Source of the DNA: Bdellovibrionales bacterium
GTDB lineage: Bacteria; Bdellovibrionota; Bdellovibrionia; Bdellovibrionales; UBA1609
Reading direction: 5' to 3'
Assembly (NCBI GenBank): GCA_965226095.1
Contig: OZ245336.1
Span: 143,472 to 207,471 of the forward strand
DNA length: 64,000 bases
The notes below the pieces were generated by a model, which did no database searches, was not told where the DNA came from, and saw only the letters and a program-made list of their open reading frames with translations. Positions 34,156 through 43,572 of the stretch are shown here, one piece after another. Position 1 is the stretch's first letter, and each line of letters begins with the position of its first letter. The translations under genes and the position numbers were made by a program.

Positions 34156-35721
34156 TTAATTAGTAAATACCGCTGGGCAGAGAGAACCTTTAAAGTCAGG
34201 TTGGAATCTTTCGTTTTGCAAACTATATGTTCTAAGCAATTCTGAGATCCTCTCTCTTTCTAACTCTTTTTCCATAGCTTGTAAATGAGAGAGTTGAACA
34301 ATAGTAAAGCCTTGAAGATCACTTCTCATTTTCTTTAATGTCTCTTTTTTACCTATACGATCTTCCACATACTCCACTACCTCTTTAAGAGAATCGAGCT
34401 TGGCAGTCGCAAAACCAAAAAGATTACTTTTCATTACCTCTTTTACAGCTTCCCTATCTCCTATATACTTTTCCACATACTCCACTACCTCTTTAAGAGA
34501 ATCGAGCTTGGCTCTGGAAAAAGCTTGAAGATTACTTTTCATTGCCTCTTTTACAGCTTCTTCTCCTATATACTCTTCCACATACTCCACTACCTCTTTA
34601 AGAGAATCGAGCTTGGCAGTCGCAAAACCAAAAAGATTACTTTTCATTACCTCTTTTACAGCTTCCCTATCTCCAATGTAGTCTTCCACATACTCCACTA
34701 CCTTTTTAAGAGAATCGAGCTTGGCAGTCGCAAAACCTTGAAGATTACTTTTCATTACCTCTTTTACAGCTTCCCTATCTCCTATGTAGTCTTCCACATA
34801 CTTCACCACTTCTTTCAGTTCACTCAACTTGGCTCTGGAAAAAGCTTCCAGATTACTTTTCATTGCCTCTTTTACAGCTTTCCTATCTCCTATATACTTT
34901 TCCACATACTTCACCACTTTTTTAAGTTCACTCAGTTTGGAATCAGAGAAGCCTCTTAGATTACTTCTCATCACCGCTCTCACTGCTTCTTCTCCTATAT
35001 ACTCTTCCACATACTCCACTACCTCTTTAAGAGAATCGAGCTTGGCTATAGCAAAACCAAAAAGATTGCTTCTCATCACCGCTCTCACTGCTTCTTCTCC
35101 TATATACTCTTCCACATACTTCACTACCTTTTTAAGAGAATCGATCTTGGCTATAGAAAAAGATTGAAGATTACTTTTCATTGCCTCTTTTACAGCTTCC
35201 CTATCTCCTATGTAGTCTTCCACATACTTCACAACTCTTCTTATCTCTTCTGGATCTCCTTTTTGAAAACCACTTAAAGATCTTCTTAGTCTATTTGTAA
35301 TACCCTCTGAACCTAAATACTCCTCAAAAAAAGACACCCTGTTTATAAAAGATGTGAAAGGCATTGTATTAAAATAAGATACTGATTTAATCCTCTTTAT
35401 AGTATCTCCTCTTCCTATTCTCTGGCTTAAAAACCTTAAAAACCCATGAGCATCCTCCACATTCCAACTCTTGGTGCTTTTTGTAATTCTCTCCTTCCAC
35501 CTTACACCCATTTGTTCTATGTTTTCTGTTCCTAATTCTTCCGTTGCAAAATGAATAAAAACCTCTCCAGCAGAGGAAAAAGTCTTTTTAATTTGTATTT
35601 GTTCTAAAGCAGGAGCTTCAGCTCCATACACTTGTGGGAGGTTTATTAAGGCCAGCCATAGACTGGAAAACAGAAACATCTTTATAGATGTTAAAAAGAA
35701 ATAAGGAAATTTCAGAAACAT
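34156..35721 (-). CDS. Secreted tandem-repeat protein (about 10 x 35/36-aa helical repeats)
   Basis: 521 aa. Signal peptide MFLFSSLWLALINLPQVYG/AEAP, so the start may be 35679. The unit KLDSLKEVVEYVE(D/E/K)YIG(D)(R/E)EAVKE(V/A)MKSNLxxFxxA repeats from about aa 157 to 475, with degenerate units on each side. Confidence 0.85.
   Translation of the reverse strand: MFLKFPYFFLTSIKMFLFSSLWLALINLPQVYGAEAPALEQIQIKKTFSSAGEVFIHFATEELGTENIEQMGVRWKERITKSTKSWNVEDAHGFLRFLSQRIGRGDTIKRIKSVSYFNTMPFTSFINRVSFFEEYLGSEGITNRLRRSLSGFQKGDPEEIRRVVKYVEDYIGDREAVKEAMKSNLQSFSIAKIDSLKKVVKYVEEYIGEEAVRAVMRSNLFGFAIAKLDSLKEVVEYVEEYIGEEAVRAVMRSNLRGFSDSKLSELKKVVKYVEKYIGDRKAVKEAMKSNLEAFSRAKLSELKEVVKYVEDYIGDREAVKEVMKSNLQGFATAKLDSLKKVVEYVEDYIGDREAVKEVMKSNLFGFATAKLDSLKEVVEYVEEYIGEEAVKEAMKSNLQAFSRAKLDSLKEVVEYVEKYIGDREAVKEVMKSNLFGFATAKLDSLKEVVEYVEDRIGKKETLKKMRSDLQGFTIVQLSHLQAMEKELERERISELLRTYSLQNERFQPDFKGSLCPAVFTN
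34282..35364 (-). repeat. Coding tandem repeat, 105/108-bp period, near-identical at DNA level
   Basis: Blocks such as CTCTTTAAGAGAATCGAGCTTGGC...CCACATACTCCACTACC recur about 9-10 times in the sequence. Confidence 0.9.
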
Positions 35722-35774
35722 AATATTACTTTTTTAACATACACTAGAATACATACATAGAGTTTTAAAAGATC

Positions 35775-35791
35775 TGTGAAAATATTTCACA
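35775..35791. promoter_or_regulatory. Candidate operator, palindrome TGTGAAAATATTTCACA
   Basis: 7-bp arms TGTGAAA/TTTCACA with a 3-nt centre. It lies 54 bp upstream of the ATG at 35721 of the tandem-repeat protein gene. The same motif family occurs at 6267-6283 and 6375-6391. Confidence 0.5.
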
Positions 35792-35803
35792 GGTGAGAAT
35801 ATT

Positions 35804-37687
35804 TTAGTCAGTTTTAAAAAAGGATTTTTGTACTCTGGCTTGTTCTTTAAACATTTGCCAACCGGAAATATATTTGGCGCCAGTTAATAAAGCATATTCT
35901 TTCCCAGGTGAATCCTCCGTATAATTCAGATCCACAACCAGCTTGGGTTTCCAGGAAGAGGGGGGAAATAAACAATCCTTCATACGACTGCGGCCAACTG
36001 CCCAAATAACACATTGAGGAGATTGTTTTTCAGTTTCTTCATTGCCAGATTGTTTACTCAAATAAGAATCTTTTTTTCCAGGACGAGCAGAATAAAAATC
36101 TGCCAGTGGTAGTTTAGCCTTTAAAATCTTTTTTAAGCCTCCTCCTCCCCACACAGCCACTGAACCTTTTGGTACTGATTTCAACAAAAGTTTTAATCCC
36201 TGCCCATCCGTACTAAAACCATGCCACTGACCTCTTCTTAAGTTCATGGTATTTACAGACTCCCCCTCCTTCGCACACATGTCCAACTCATCACATAATT
36301 GAAAAGCTTTTTTCTTTAAAGGGGAAGTAATAGCACAAAAAACCAATCCCAACTCCTGTAAAAAATTTAAATTCTTTTTTGTAAACTCTTCTTCAGATAA
36401 CGGAATTTTAACAAATAACATATTTTGTTTTGCACAATCTCTTCGATATTCCACAGGACTGGCAGAATGTTTTATAGGATCACCTAAAACAGCACCAAAT
36501 TTATTTTCCAATGTCTCACCTGAAAAATTAAAACAATTTATCAGGTGTTCATATAAATAAGGTTGATCTTTTACTCCTATAAGAGATTCTCTAATAAAAT
36601 GTAATTTCATCCGAGAACCAAATAGTTGACGATACCATCGCCACCGACCATCAGAAGACATAGGTAGAAAGGAACGATGAGTAGAATCTTTCAAAAACCA
36701 ACGATGACCTATTAAAAGCTCTTCTAAATTATAAATTGATACTGCTAATTTATAATGATGTGCTTTTTGCTTCATAAGATTTTTTATACTAACTTTCAAA
36801 TCATCATTTCTTTGGTGTAAAGATAAAATAGCTGGAACATTCGGTGGTTGATCTTTTTTTTCCAGCGGCCAATCCCAAAGCACCGAAGACAACTCCTGCT
36901 TTAAAAATACAGAATTTTCAGACCTTCTAAAGCTTAAAATTAATTTTTCTTTGGGAATAACATTTAAAAGATTATTTAATTGTTTATCTGACCAATCATC
37001 ATCCCTTAATTCAAAAAAACAAAAAACCCACTTCAATCTTTTATCAATAAATTCTTCCCACTTCTTTTTATCTACTGGCAAAGATTGCTCATTAAGAGTA
37101 ATGATGACTTTTTTTATTTTCTGTTCATTAAAAACAGAAAGTTCTTTATAAAAAAAAAGTTTCTCCGGACTATTTAATTCAAAATCCCATTCTGGTAAAA
37201 CAAAACTTTCATCAGTAAATTTCTGATACCATTTTTGTCGATCCTTATAAAGAGACATATATTCCTCATAAGGCAACAATTTGAAATTTAATCGTGGACG
37301 ATCTAAAAATATCCTACCTTGTGAATCTGTTTCCCGCATTAAATGAATAATTTTACAATTGGATAAATCATTTACCAATTGCCTTTCCTCTAACTTTATT
37401 TTTTCTTCATAAAATCCTTTCAAACCAAAACCGGCACCTAAAGCAATAAATACCGGATGAGATATATCTTTATATTTACAAATCAATTGATATAAAATGT
37501 CTTTTTCGTTTTTACGAAAAATGTTTGCTTGAATTAAAGAAGCAATAGTCTTTCCAGTTTGTTTTTCTATTTCTCGGTCCAAATCTATGAACAGAGCTGT
37601 TTTTTTATGTTGAATAAAAAGTTTTTCCAATTTTTTTAACCAGATTGTTTTCCCAACACCTCTATGACCAATAATTAAATAGATCAT
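35804..37687 (-). CDS. Trifunctional fusion: shikimate kinase / type I 3-dehydroquinate dehydratase / shikimate 5-dehydrogenase (AroK-AroD-AroE)
   Basis: N-terminus MIYLIIGHRGVGKT...FIDLDREIEKQTGKTIASL fits the shikimate kinase P-loop. The middle (FFELRDDDW...ILSFRRSENS...HHYKLAVSIYNLEEL) is type I DHQase-like. The C-terminus (FGAVLGDPIKHSASPVEY...AITSPLKKKAF...VWGGGG) fits shikimate dehydrogenase. The ATG at 37687 forms an ATGA overlap with the aroA stop. The ORF extends to 37711. Confidence 0.8.
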   Translation of the reverse strand: MIYLIIGHRGVGKTIWLKKLEKLFIQHKKTALFIDLDREIEKQTGKTIASLIQANIFRKNEKDILYQLICKYKDISHPVFIALGAGFGLKGFYEEKIKLEERQLVNDLSNCKIIHLMRETDSQGRIFLDRPRLNFKLLPYEEYMSLYKDRQKWYQKFTDESFVLPEWDFELNSPEKLFFYKELSVFNEQKIKKVIITLNEQSLPVDKKKWEEFIDKRLKWVFCFFELRDDDWSDKQLNNLLNVIPKEKLILSFRRSENSVFLKQELSSVLWDWPLEKKDQPPNVPAILSLHQRNDDLKVSIKNLMKQKAHHYKLAVSIYNLEELLIGHRWFLKDSTHRSFLPMSSDGRWRWYRQLFGSRMKLHFIRESLIGVKDQPYLYEHLINCFNFSGETLENKFGAVLGDPIKHSASPVEYRRDCAKQNMLFVKIPLSEEEFTKKNLNFLQELGLVFCAITSPLKKKAFQLCDELDMCAKEGESVNTMNLRRGQWHGFSTDGQGLKLLLKSVPKGSVAVWGGGGLKKILKAKLPLADFYSARPGKKDSYLSKQSGNEETEKQSPQCVIWAVGRSRMKDCLFPPSSWKPKLVVDLNYTEDSPGKEYALLTGAKYISGWQMFKEQARVQKSFFKTD

Positions 37688-38937
37688 GGATTTATCCCTG
37701 TAAGTGACCAAAAATCCGGAAAACTTTTATTCACCACTTCTGGGTTTAAAATTTTTACAGGTAAGCCGGCTTCTTTTAAAACCGCACCCGCCATAGCCAA
37801 ACGATGATCTTCCTTTGGATTAAATAAAATTTCATCTTTATAACCCCAATCATTTTCTTTAATAGGAATACCCTCTATAATTAGACCATCTTCCAAAATC
37901 TTTGTTTTTCTATCTACCAAATTTAACAAATCGGCTATTTGTTGAATACGATTAGATTCTTTATAAACCAAATGTGGAGCACCATAGAGTTTACTCGTGC
38001 CATTAGCCAAAGAACACAGTACAGCCAGTACAGGAAACAAGTCCGGACAGTTGTTCATGTTCCATTCAATAGGTTTTAAGTTTTCAATCATTCCATGTAT
38101 TTTCAATTTGCCTTCTGTTTGTTCTATACTCACACCCATATCTTTTAAAATTTCAGGAAAAACAAAATCAGGTTGTAAACTTTTATTTGGCCAGCCAGTG
38201 ATGCAAAGTTCTCCATTTATTACTGCCAAAGCAGATAAAGCAAACAAACAACTCATATCTTGTTCCGGTTGATAAGATATTTTTCTTATCTCCTGATGAG
38301 CAGGAATGTGATACTCATTTTCTCCTTCATCAATATGCATTCCTAAACTCCTTAGAAAAGATAAAGTCATTTGAAAATAAGACGCAGAAGACATTTTATC
38401 TTCTATTTTTAAAAATAGAGGATAAGAAAGCTTCCAACTGTTTAAAAGCACTGCCGAAGCAAACTGACTGGATCTGTTGCCAGACACATGAAGAGCATCA
38501 CCTAATATATGCCAACCTGTACTTTTGATCTTTATAGAATTTTCTTCAATGTGTGTTTCACAACCTAATTGATTTAAAAGAGATTTTAATTCCTTCATGG
38601 GACGATTAAATAGAGATGCACTTCCTTTTAAAGTGACATTCATTTTCTCCCTGGCACATCTTAAAGCCAAAAAACGCAAAACAGCCCCTCCATGATGACA
38701 ATTGATAACATGATGACTGGTTTCTGATTCATTTATAGATTCATTTTTATTATAAATTTTCAATTGATCAGTAGAAGATAAACTTTTTAAACCCTGTTTC
38801 ATATAATAAACATCTTTGCAATCCTGAAATTTATCATTTCCTTTAATTTGAAAGTTTGGAAAATAACTTTTTACAATCAAAGCTCTCAATAATAAAGACT
38901 TTGAATCAGGACCAGAGCCTAAAAAATAAAACGACAT
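37684..38937 (-). CDS. aroA: 3-phosphoshikimate 1-carboxyvinyltransferase (EPSP synthase)
   Basis: 417 aa. N-terminal GSGPDSKSLLLRALI, plus EDHRLAMAGAVL and the overall length and pattern of AroA. Confidence 0.85.
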   Translation of the reverse strand: MSFYFLGSGPDSKSLLLRALIVKSYFPNFQIKGNDKFQDCKDVYYMKQGLKSLSSTDQLKIYNKNESINESETSHHVINCHHGGAVLRFLALRCAREKMNVTLKGSASLFNRPMKELKSLLNQLGCETHIEENSIKIKSTGWHILGDALHVSGNRSSQFASAVLLNSWKLSYPLFLKIEDKMSSASYFQMTLSFLRSLGMHIDEGENEYHIPAHQEIRKISYQPEQDMSCLFALSALAVINGELCITGWPNKSLQPDFVFPEILKDMGVSIEQTEGKLKIHGMIENLKPIEWNMNNCPDLFPVLAVLCSLANGTSKLYGAPHLVYKESNRIQQIADLLNLVDRKTKILEDGLIIEGIPIKENDWGYKDEILFNPKEDHRLAMAGAVLKEAGLPVKILNPEVVNKSFPDFWSLTGINP

Positions 38938-38975
38938 ATTCTTATCTCTTAATTAGTACAACAATCACGTAAGTT

Positions 38976-40055
38976 TTATTCACTACAAATTCTTTGTCGA
39001 CAGATTTCCTTAAGAATTTGTGAAATAGAAACCGTTTTTATAAAAACATCACCTGGTTTTTTAATAAAAATAAAATTAATTTTTTCACTGCTTATTCTTT
39101 TTTTATCCTGCAACAAAAGTGTTTTTAATTTATTAGAAGGTATACTTTTTAAATACCCTGATAACATAACCTGATACTGAAACAAAAAAGAAATTTGCTT
39201 TAAAAAAGCAGGAGATAAAGAAAACAACCTATGACTCCACTGAAAAGCAAACACCATTCCATAAAATACTGCTACACCATGAGGTATTTGAAAGTAAGAT
39301 TCCAAAACATGACCTAGTGTATGACCGAAATTCAACTTTTGCCTGATTCCTTTTTTCTCAAACGGATCTTGCTTGATGATTTTTAGTTTTGCAGAAATAG
39401 CCTGAGGTAAAAACTCCCACATTTCTTGTTTAGAAAGTAAACTATTTTTAGATTTCTGAATATCCCAATGAGAATTTTTATGTATTACCTTTATTAATTT
39501 TTGATAAAAACTTCCCCCAGAAATCAAAGCCATCTTTATCAATTCCCCTTGAGCAGACTGTCGATCCGCTAAAGATAAAGAACTTAATAAATTTTTTACA
39601 ATAAATACCGCTTTTGAAGAATGATAAGAACCTAAAATATTTTTTACGGCTTTTACATTTAAAGCAGTTTTTCCTCCATGAGCAGAATCCATCATGGAAA
39701 GCCAGGTGCTTGGGATATTCACAAAAGGCACTCCCCTATGATAAACAGAAGCTAAAAAACCTGTAAAGTCCCCCACACTGCCACCACCTAGACTGACAAA
39801 ACCTTGTATGTGTTGCTGTCCTGCTAATTTTAAAACTTTTTGTACATGAGAATCAAAAGAAGAAAGTTCTTTTAACTGTTCCCCGGCAGACACATCATAC
39901 ACTAATTGATTTTTTAACCAGGACTTTACTTGAGAAAGTTTCTTTAGTTTTTTATCACAAACAATAATAAAGGAATAAGAACCAATAACTTTTGAAAGAA
40001 CTTTTTTAGAAGGTAATTTAACTGAAAAAGAAATCCCTTCTTTTAAATATTTCAT
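38976..40055 (-). CDS. aroB: 3-dehydroquinate synthase
   Basis: 359 aa with GGGSVGDFTGFLASVYHRGVPFVNIPSTWLSMMDSAHGGKTALN and metal-binding LNFGHTLGH motifs. The start forms an ATGA overlap with the tig stop. Confidence 0.88.
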   Translation of the reverse strand: MKYLKEGISFSVKLPSKKVLSKVIGSYSFIIVCDKKLKKLSQVKSWLKNQLVYDVSAGEQLKELSSFDSHVQKVLKLAGQQHIQGFVSLGGGSVGDFTGFLASVYHRGVPFVNIPSTWLSMMDSAHGGKTALNVKAVKNILGSYHSSKAVFIVKNLLSSLSLADRQSAQGELIKMALISGGSFYQKLIKVIHKNSHWDIQKSKNSLLSKQEMWEFLPQAISAKLKIIKQDPFEKKGIRQKLNFGHTLGHVLESYFQIPHGVAVFYGMVFAFQWSHRLFSLSPAFLKQISFLFQYQVMLSGYLKSIPSNKLKTLLLQDKKRISSEKINFIFIKKPGDVFIKTVSISQILKEICRQRICSE

Positions 40056-41323
40056 TTTTTATTTTGTTCAGATCCTTTAGAAGTATATATTAAATGAGCA
40101 ATGACCTTTTCACGAATTAATAAATGCTTTACCTCTTCCACACTTTGTTTGGATTTTGTTTGTCTTAAATATTGTTGTGCATCCTGATCAGTAACTGACA
40201 ACTGTAATACATCCGCTAATGCATAAATAAGATAGGACGAGCGAATAGTGAATAGCGCCTGTTTTTCCAATTCCTGCTCATTTTTTTTATTATATTCTAT
40301 AATATCTTTTTCCTTCATACCCTGAGCTTTTAAATGATTAAACATATTGTGTTGTAATAATTGTTTTTGTTCCTGCAACACTGTTTCCGGCAATAATTCA
40401 ATAGGGTATTCCTTTACTAGCTGTTCAAGAACCTGTTCTCTCTTGTTCTCATAAATAACTCGTTCTTTTTCCGTTGTCAGATAGTTTCTGATTTGTTTTT
40501 TTAATTCTTCCTCAGTTTTACATCCCATCTTTTGAAAAAAACTTTCATCTTTTTCCGGTAAAATTCTTTTCTTTATACCTATGAGTTTCATCGATAACTC
40601 TACATCTGCACCAGATAATTTTTGATCCAAACCTTCCTTTGAAAAAACACAGAAGATATTTTTTGTATCCCCCACAGACATACCCACAATCCCCTTTAAC
40701 AAACCTTTAAGTGGAATATTTTTTGGCTCTTCCTTGATTTCCAGTACCGGCTTTTCAGTTAAAATTTTATTCAGTATATTAACTGTTTCTTTATCTGATT
40801 TTGGCGCTTTCCATTCCAATTCCACAATATCATCCATCTGCACCACTCTGTTTTCTGTGACAGGCTCCAATTGAGCCCCAGCCATTCTTAAATTATAAAT
40901 GGCCTTTTCCACTGCTTCCTCCGATACCTCCACTTTTTCCTCTTTGAGTTGCACTTTAAAATTTTTATCCACGGTAATAGCTGGATGAATCTCCAACAGA
41001 GCAGAGAAGTTAAAATCCTGACCAGATTCCAGGGGTTTTTTAAAATCAATTTTTGGGTCTCCCACTGGAGTGATTTGTTTTTCCAGCACTGCTTGTTTAT
41101 AAAATGTATTAATTAAATTAATAGTTGTGTCTTTTTTCACTTCTGGCTGATAATGAGATTGAATATACTGCAAAGGTACTTTTCCCTTCCTAAATCCCTG
41201 TAAATTAACTTTTTTTTGCCATTTTCTATAATTTTGATCCAGAATTTCTTGAACCTGGTCAGCCGATAACTGAATTTGCAGTTTTCGTTTCAAACCTTCT
41301 AACTTTGTTAACTCACATTTCAT
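40052..41323 (-). CDS. tig: Trigger factor
   Basis: N-terminus MKCELTKLEGLKRKLQIQL...FRKGKVP fits the ribosome-binding GFRxGxxP motif. A PPIase-like middle and a helical C-terminus follow. The start at 41323 follows a GGAGGAG RBS. The ORF extends to 41377. Confidence 0.88.
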   Translation of the reverse strand: MKCELTKLEGLKRKLQIQLSADQVQEILDQNYRKWQKKVNLQGFRKGKVPLQYIQSHYQPEVKKDTTINLINTFYKQAVLEKQITPVGDPKIDFKKPLESGQDFNFSALLEIHPAITVDKNFKVQLKEEKVEVSEEAVEKAIYNLRMAGAQLEPVTENRVVQMDDIVELEWKAPKSDKETVNILNKILTEKPVLEIKEEPKNIPLKGLLKGIVGMSVGDTKNIFCVFSKEGLDQKLSGADVELSMKLIGIKKRILPEKDESFFQKMGCKTEEELKKQIRNYLTTEKERVIYENKREQVLEQLVKEYPIELLPETVLQEQKQLLQHNMFNHLKAQGMKEKDIIEYNKKNEQELEKQALFTIRSSYLIYALADVLQLSVTDQDAQQYLRQTKSKQSVEEVKHLLIREKVIAHLIYTSKGSEQNKK

Positions 41324-41422
41324 CACTGAATCTCCTCCTCTATAGTTTGCTCCTGACCTTTGTAAAAGAAAATGCAATGCAAAGCAAGAAGTTTCACCAT
41401 GACTTTATGAAATGAAAGCTTT

Positions 41423-42376
41423 ATGCTAATTGCATTTATGAAATTACTTTTACTGGGTTTATTTTTCCTATTCTCCAATTGCACTTCACTTCAATCAGAT
41501 GATTCTACAAAATCTGAAAATATTGATCCAAAAGATCTTATGTTATTTGAAACAGCTTTTAAGGATTTGGGAGATGGATATTACACACGTGTCATTCCAA
41601 TATTAAAAAAGATTAGTCAAAAATACCCAGGTTTCGATTTGGAATGGTTAGCTCTCTATAATCTCGCCAGTGCCTATAAAGAACTCAATCAATGTCAAAA
41701 AGCACAGGAAATTTACAAAAAGTTACCTGACAAGACCAAAAAAAACCCACAACTCTTGCCACGCATTTTTCTTAATCTGGCCTATACTTATGAATGCCTT
41801 GGACAACCTGAACAAACTCTTATTGCTTTAAAAGAAGGCATGAAACTCTCTCATTATTTACCGGATGAATCACGTCTGGTGGAGTACCCCGCCCGATTGT
41901 CTCTTGCTTACTTTCGTATGAACGAACAAAAAATCGGAAAACAACTACAACAACAAACATATAACAACCTGGAAATCTTAAAAAAATCTTTTCGTATTAC
42001 AGAGGCTACAGATACAAACTTTGCCAGATACTTCTATATCATGGGACGCTCCCATATTTCACCAGACCATATTCAATTAGAATCTTTTCTTAAAATAATG
42101 CATCATTATCAAATGTATCTAAGTCAATCCATGCTTTTATCTGCAGGAAAGTGGTCTGTTGAAGCTGAAAGAGAATTAGGGAGCTTATATAGAAAGATGT
42201 GGCTTCAATTAAAAAAACAAAAAAATAAATCAATACACAATCAGGCAGTGCGAAAGGTACTGAATGAATTCAGAAGTATTGCCCGTAACGGGAAAAATAA
42301 AAACATATTAACTATCTATACAATTCTAAGAAAAAAAACAATGGACATTATAGCTAAACAAAGTTCAAAGAAATGA
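41423..42376 (+). CDS. Hypothetical TPR-like secreted/possible lipoprotein
   Basis: 317 aa. Hydrophobic N-terminus ending FLFSNC. TPR-like helices are present (ALYNLASAYKELNQCQKAQEIYKK; LNLAYTYECLGQPEQ). Confidence 0.55.
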   Translation: MLIAFMKLLLLGLFFLFSNCTSLQSDDSTKSENIDPKDLMLFETAFKDLGDGYYTRVIPILKKISQKYPGFDLEWLALYNLASAYKELNQCQKAQEIYKKLPDKTKKNPQLLPRIFLNLAYTYECLGQPEQTLIALKEGMKLSHYLPDESRLVEYPARLSLAYFRMNEQKIGKQLQQQTYNNLEILKKSFRITEATDTNFARYFYIMGRSHISPDHIQLESFLKIMHHYQMYLSQSMLLSAGKWSVEAERELGSLYRKMWLQLKKQKNKSIHNQAVRKVLNEFRSIARNGKNKNILTIYTILRKKTMDIIAKQSSKK

Positions 42377-43572
42377 TAAAAGAACATCTTCATCAACAAA
42401 TTATTAAACATTTGGATCAGATTATGGATTGGTTTCAAAAAAAAACCAAATCTCTTTCTTTTCCTTTTTATTCCAGTTATGACATCAGAGATTCTTTTGA
42501 AAAGATTAGTCCAGTGGATGCTAACCTTTTTCCCGCCGGTTTTAATAATATATGTGACATCGATAAAGAAAATGCTACTACTACATGTGCTGGATATTTA
42601 AAAAAATATTATTCACACATTCCCAAGACAATTATTTTACTGGCAGAAGAACACACTAACAATCCATTCTACTGGGATAATATTTATTCTTTAAAACATC
42701 TCCTGGAACAAAGTGGAGTATCTTCTGTTTTGGTTTGTGTACCTGGGAAAAATATAAAAGAAGATGTAACCTTCACCAGTGCGAATGGGAAAACGATCGA
42801 AGTATTTTTACTAAAAAATAAAACCCATAATGCAGATCTGATCATCAGCAATAATGATTTTTCAGTAGACTACGAGTTGAATATTAAACAACCCCTTACA
42901 CCTCCTTTGACAGCAGGGTGGAGAGTGAGACGCAAACATTCTTTTTTTAATAAATATAATGAACTGGCTCAGGAGTTTTCAACATTGATTGATGTGTCAG
43001 ATTCTATTTTAAATATTAAAACCCGAAGATTTACTAACTTCAATCCCAGTGATGCAGATTGCTTAAACAGATTAAAAGAAGAAATAAATATTTTTTTAAA
43101 GGAACTGGAAGAACCATATAAAAATTTTAAACAAAAACCCTATGTATTTTTAAAAAATAACTTTGGCACTTATGGCTTAGGAATTACCACTATTAATTCC
43201 GCAGAAGATATTGATCAATGGAATTACAGCATTCGAAAAAAAATGAAAGCCTCGAAGGGAGGAGCTAAAGTCACAGAGCTTATTTTACAGGAAGGAATCT
43301 CTTCTCTCATAAAAAAAGAAGGAGCTGTTGCAGAACCGGTGATTTACTTGATTGGTTCTGAACTGGCTGGGGGGTTTTTAAGAACACATAAACAAAAAGG
43401 GATTAAAGACAACTTAAACAGTCCTGGTGCTGTTTATCGCACTTTATGTGTGTCTGATCTAAAAATTGAAGTGGAAGGAAAACCGATGGAAAATGTATAT
43501 GGATGGATAGCCTACATTGGGGCCATTGCTTTAGCTTATGAATTTCAATCTATGAAATCCACTACCAATTAA
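42373..43572 (+). CDS. Putative glutamate--cysteine ligase (GshA, Acidithiobacillus-type PF08886-like family)
   Basis: 399 aa. FYSSYDIRDSFEKISPVDANLFPAGFNNIC recalls the conserved N-terminal block of that family from memory only. ATGA overlap with the upstream gene. Needs an HMM check. Confidence 0.5.
   Translation: MIKEHLHQQIIKHLDQIMDWFQKKTKSLSFPFYSSYDIRDSFEKISPVDANLFPAGFNNICDIDKENATTTCAGYLKKYYSHIPKTIILLAEEHTNNPFYWDNIYSLKHLLEQSGVSSVLVCVPGKNIKEDVTFTSANGKTIEVFLLKNKTHNADLIISNNDFSVDYELNIKQPLTPPLTAGWRVRRKHSFFNKYNELAQEFSTLIDVSDSILNIKTRRFTNFNPSDADCLNRLKEEINIFLKELEEPYKNFKQKPYVFLKNNFGTYGLGITTINSAEDIDQWNYSIRKKMKASKGGAKVTELILQEGISSLIKKEGAVAEPVIYLIGSELAGGFLRTHKQKGIKDNLNSPGAVYRTLCVSDLKIEVEGKPMENVYGWIAYIGAIALAYEFQSMKSTTN

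Noticed and set aside
34525-35167. Two plus-strand ORFs (144 and 112 aa) inside the tandem-repeat gene.
   Set aside because: They are antisense, repeat-generated open frames with low-complexity products. The minus-strand frame is continuous for 521 aa and has a signal peptide.
34282-35364. Regularly spaced near-identical repeats of about 105 bp, which could be mistaken for a CRISPR-like array.
   Set aside because: The repeats are contiguous with no unique spacers. The period is a multiple of 3, and the array lies inside one long ORF. It is a coding tandem repeat, and no cas genes are present.
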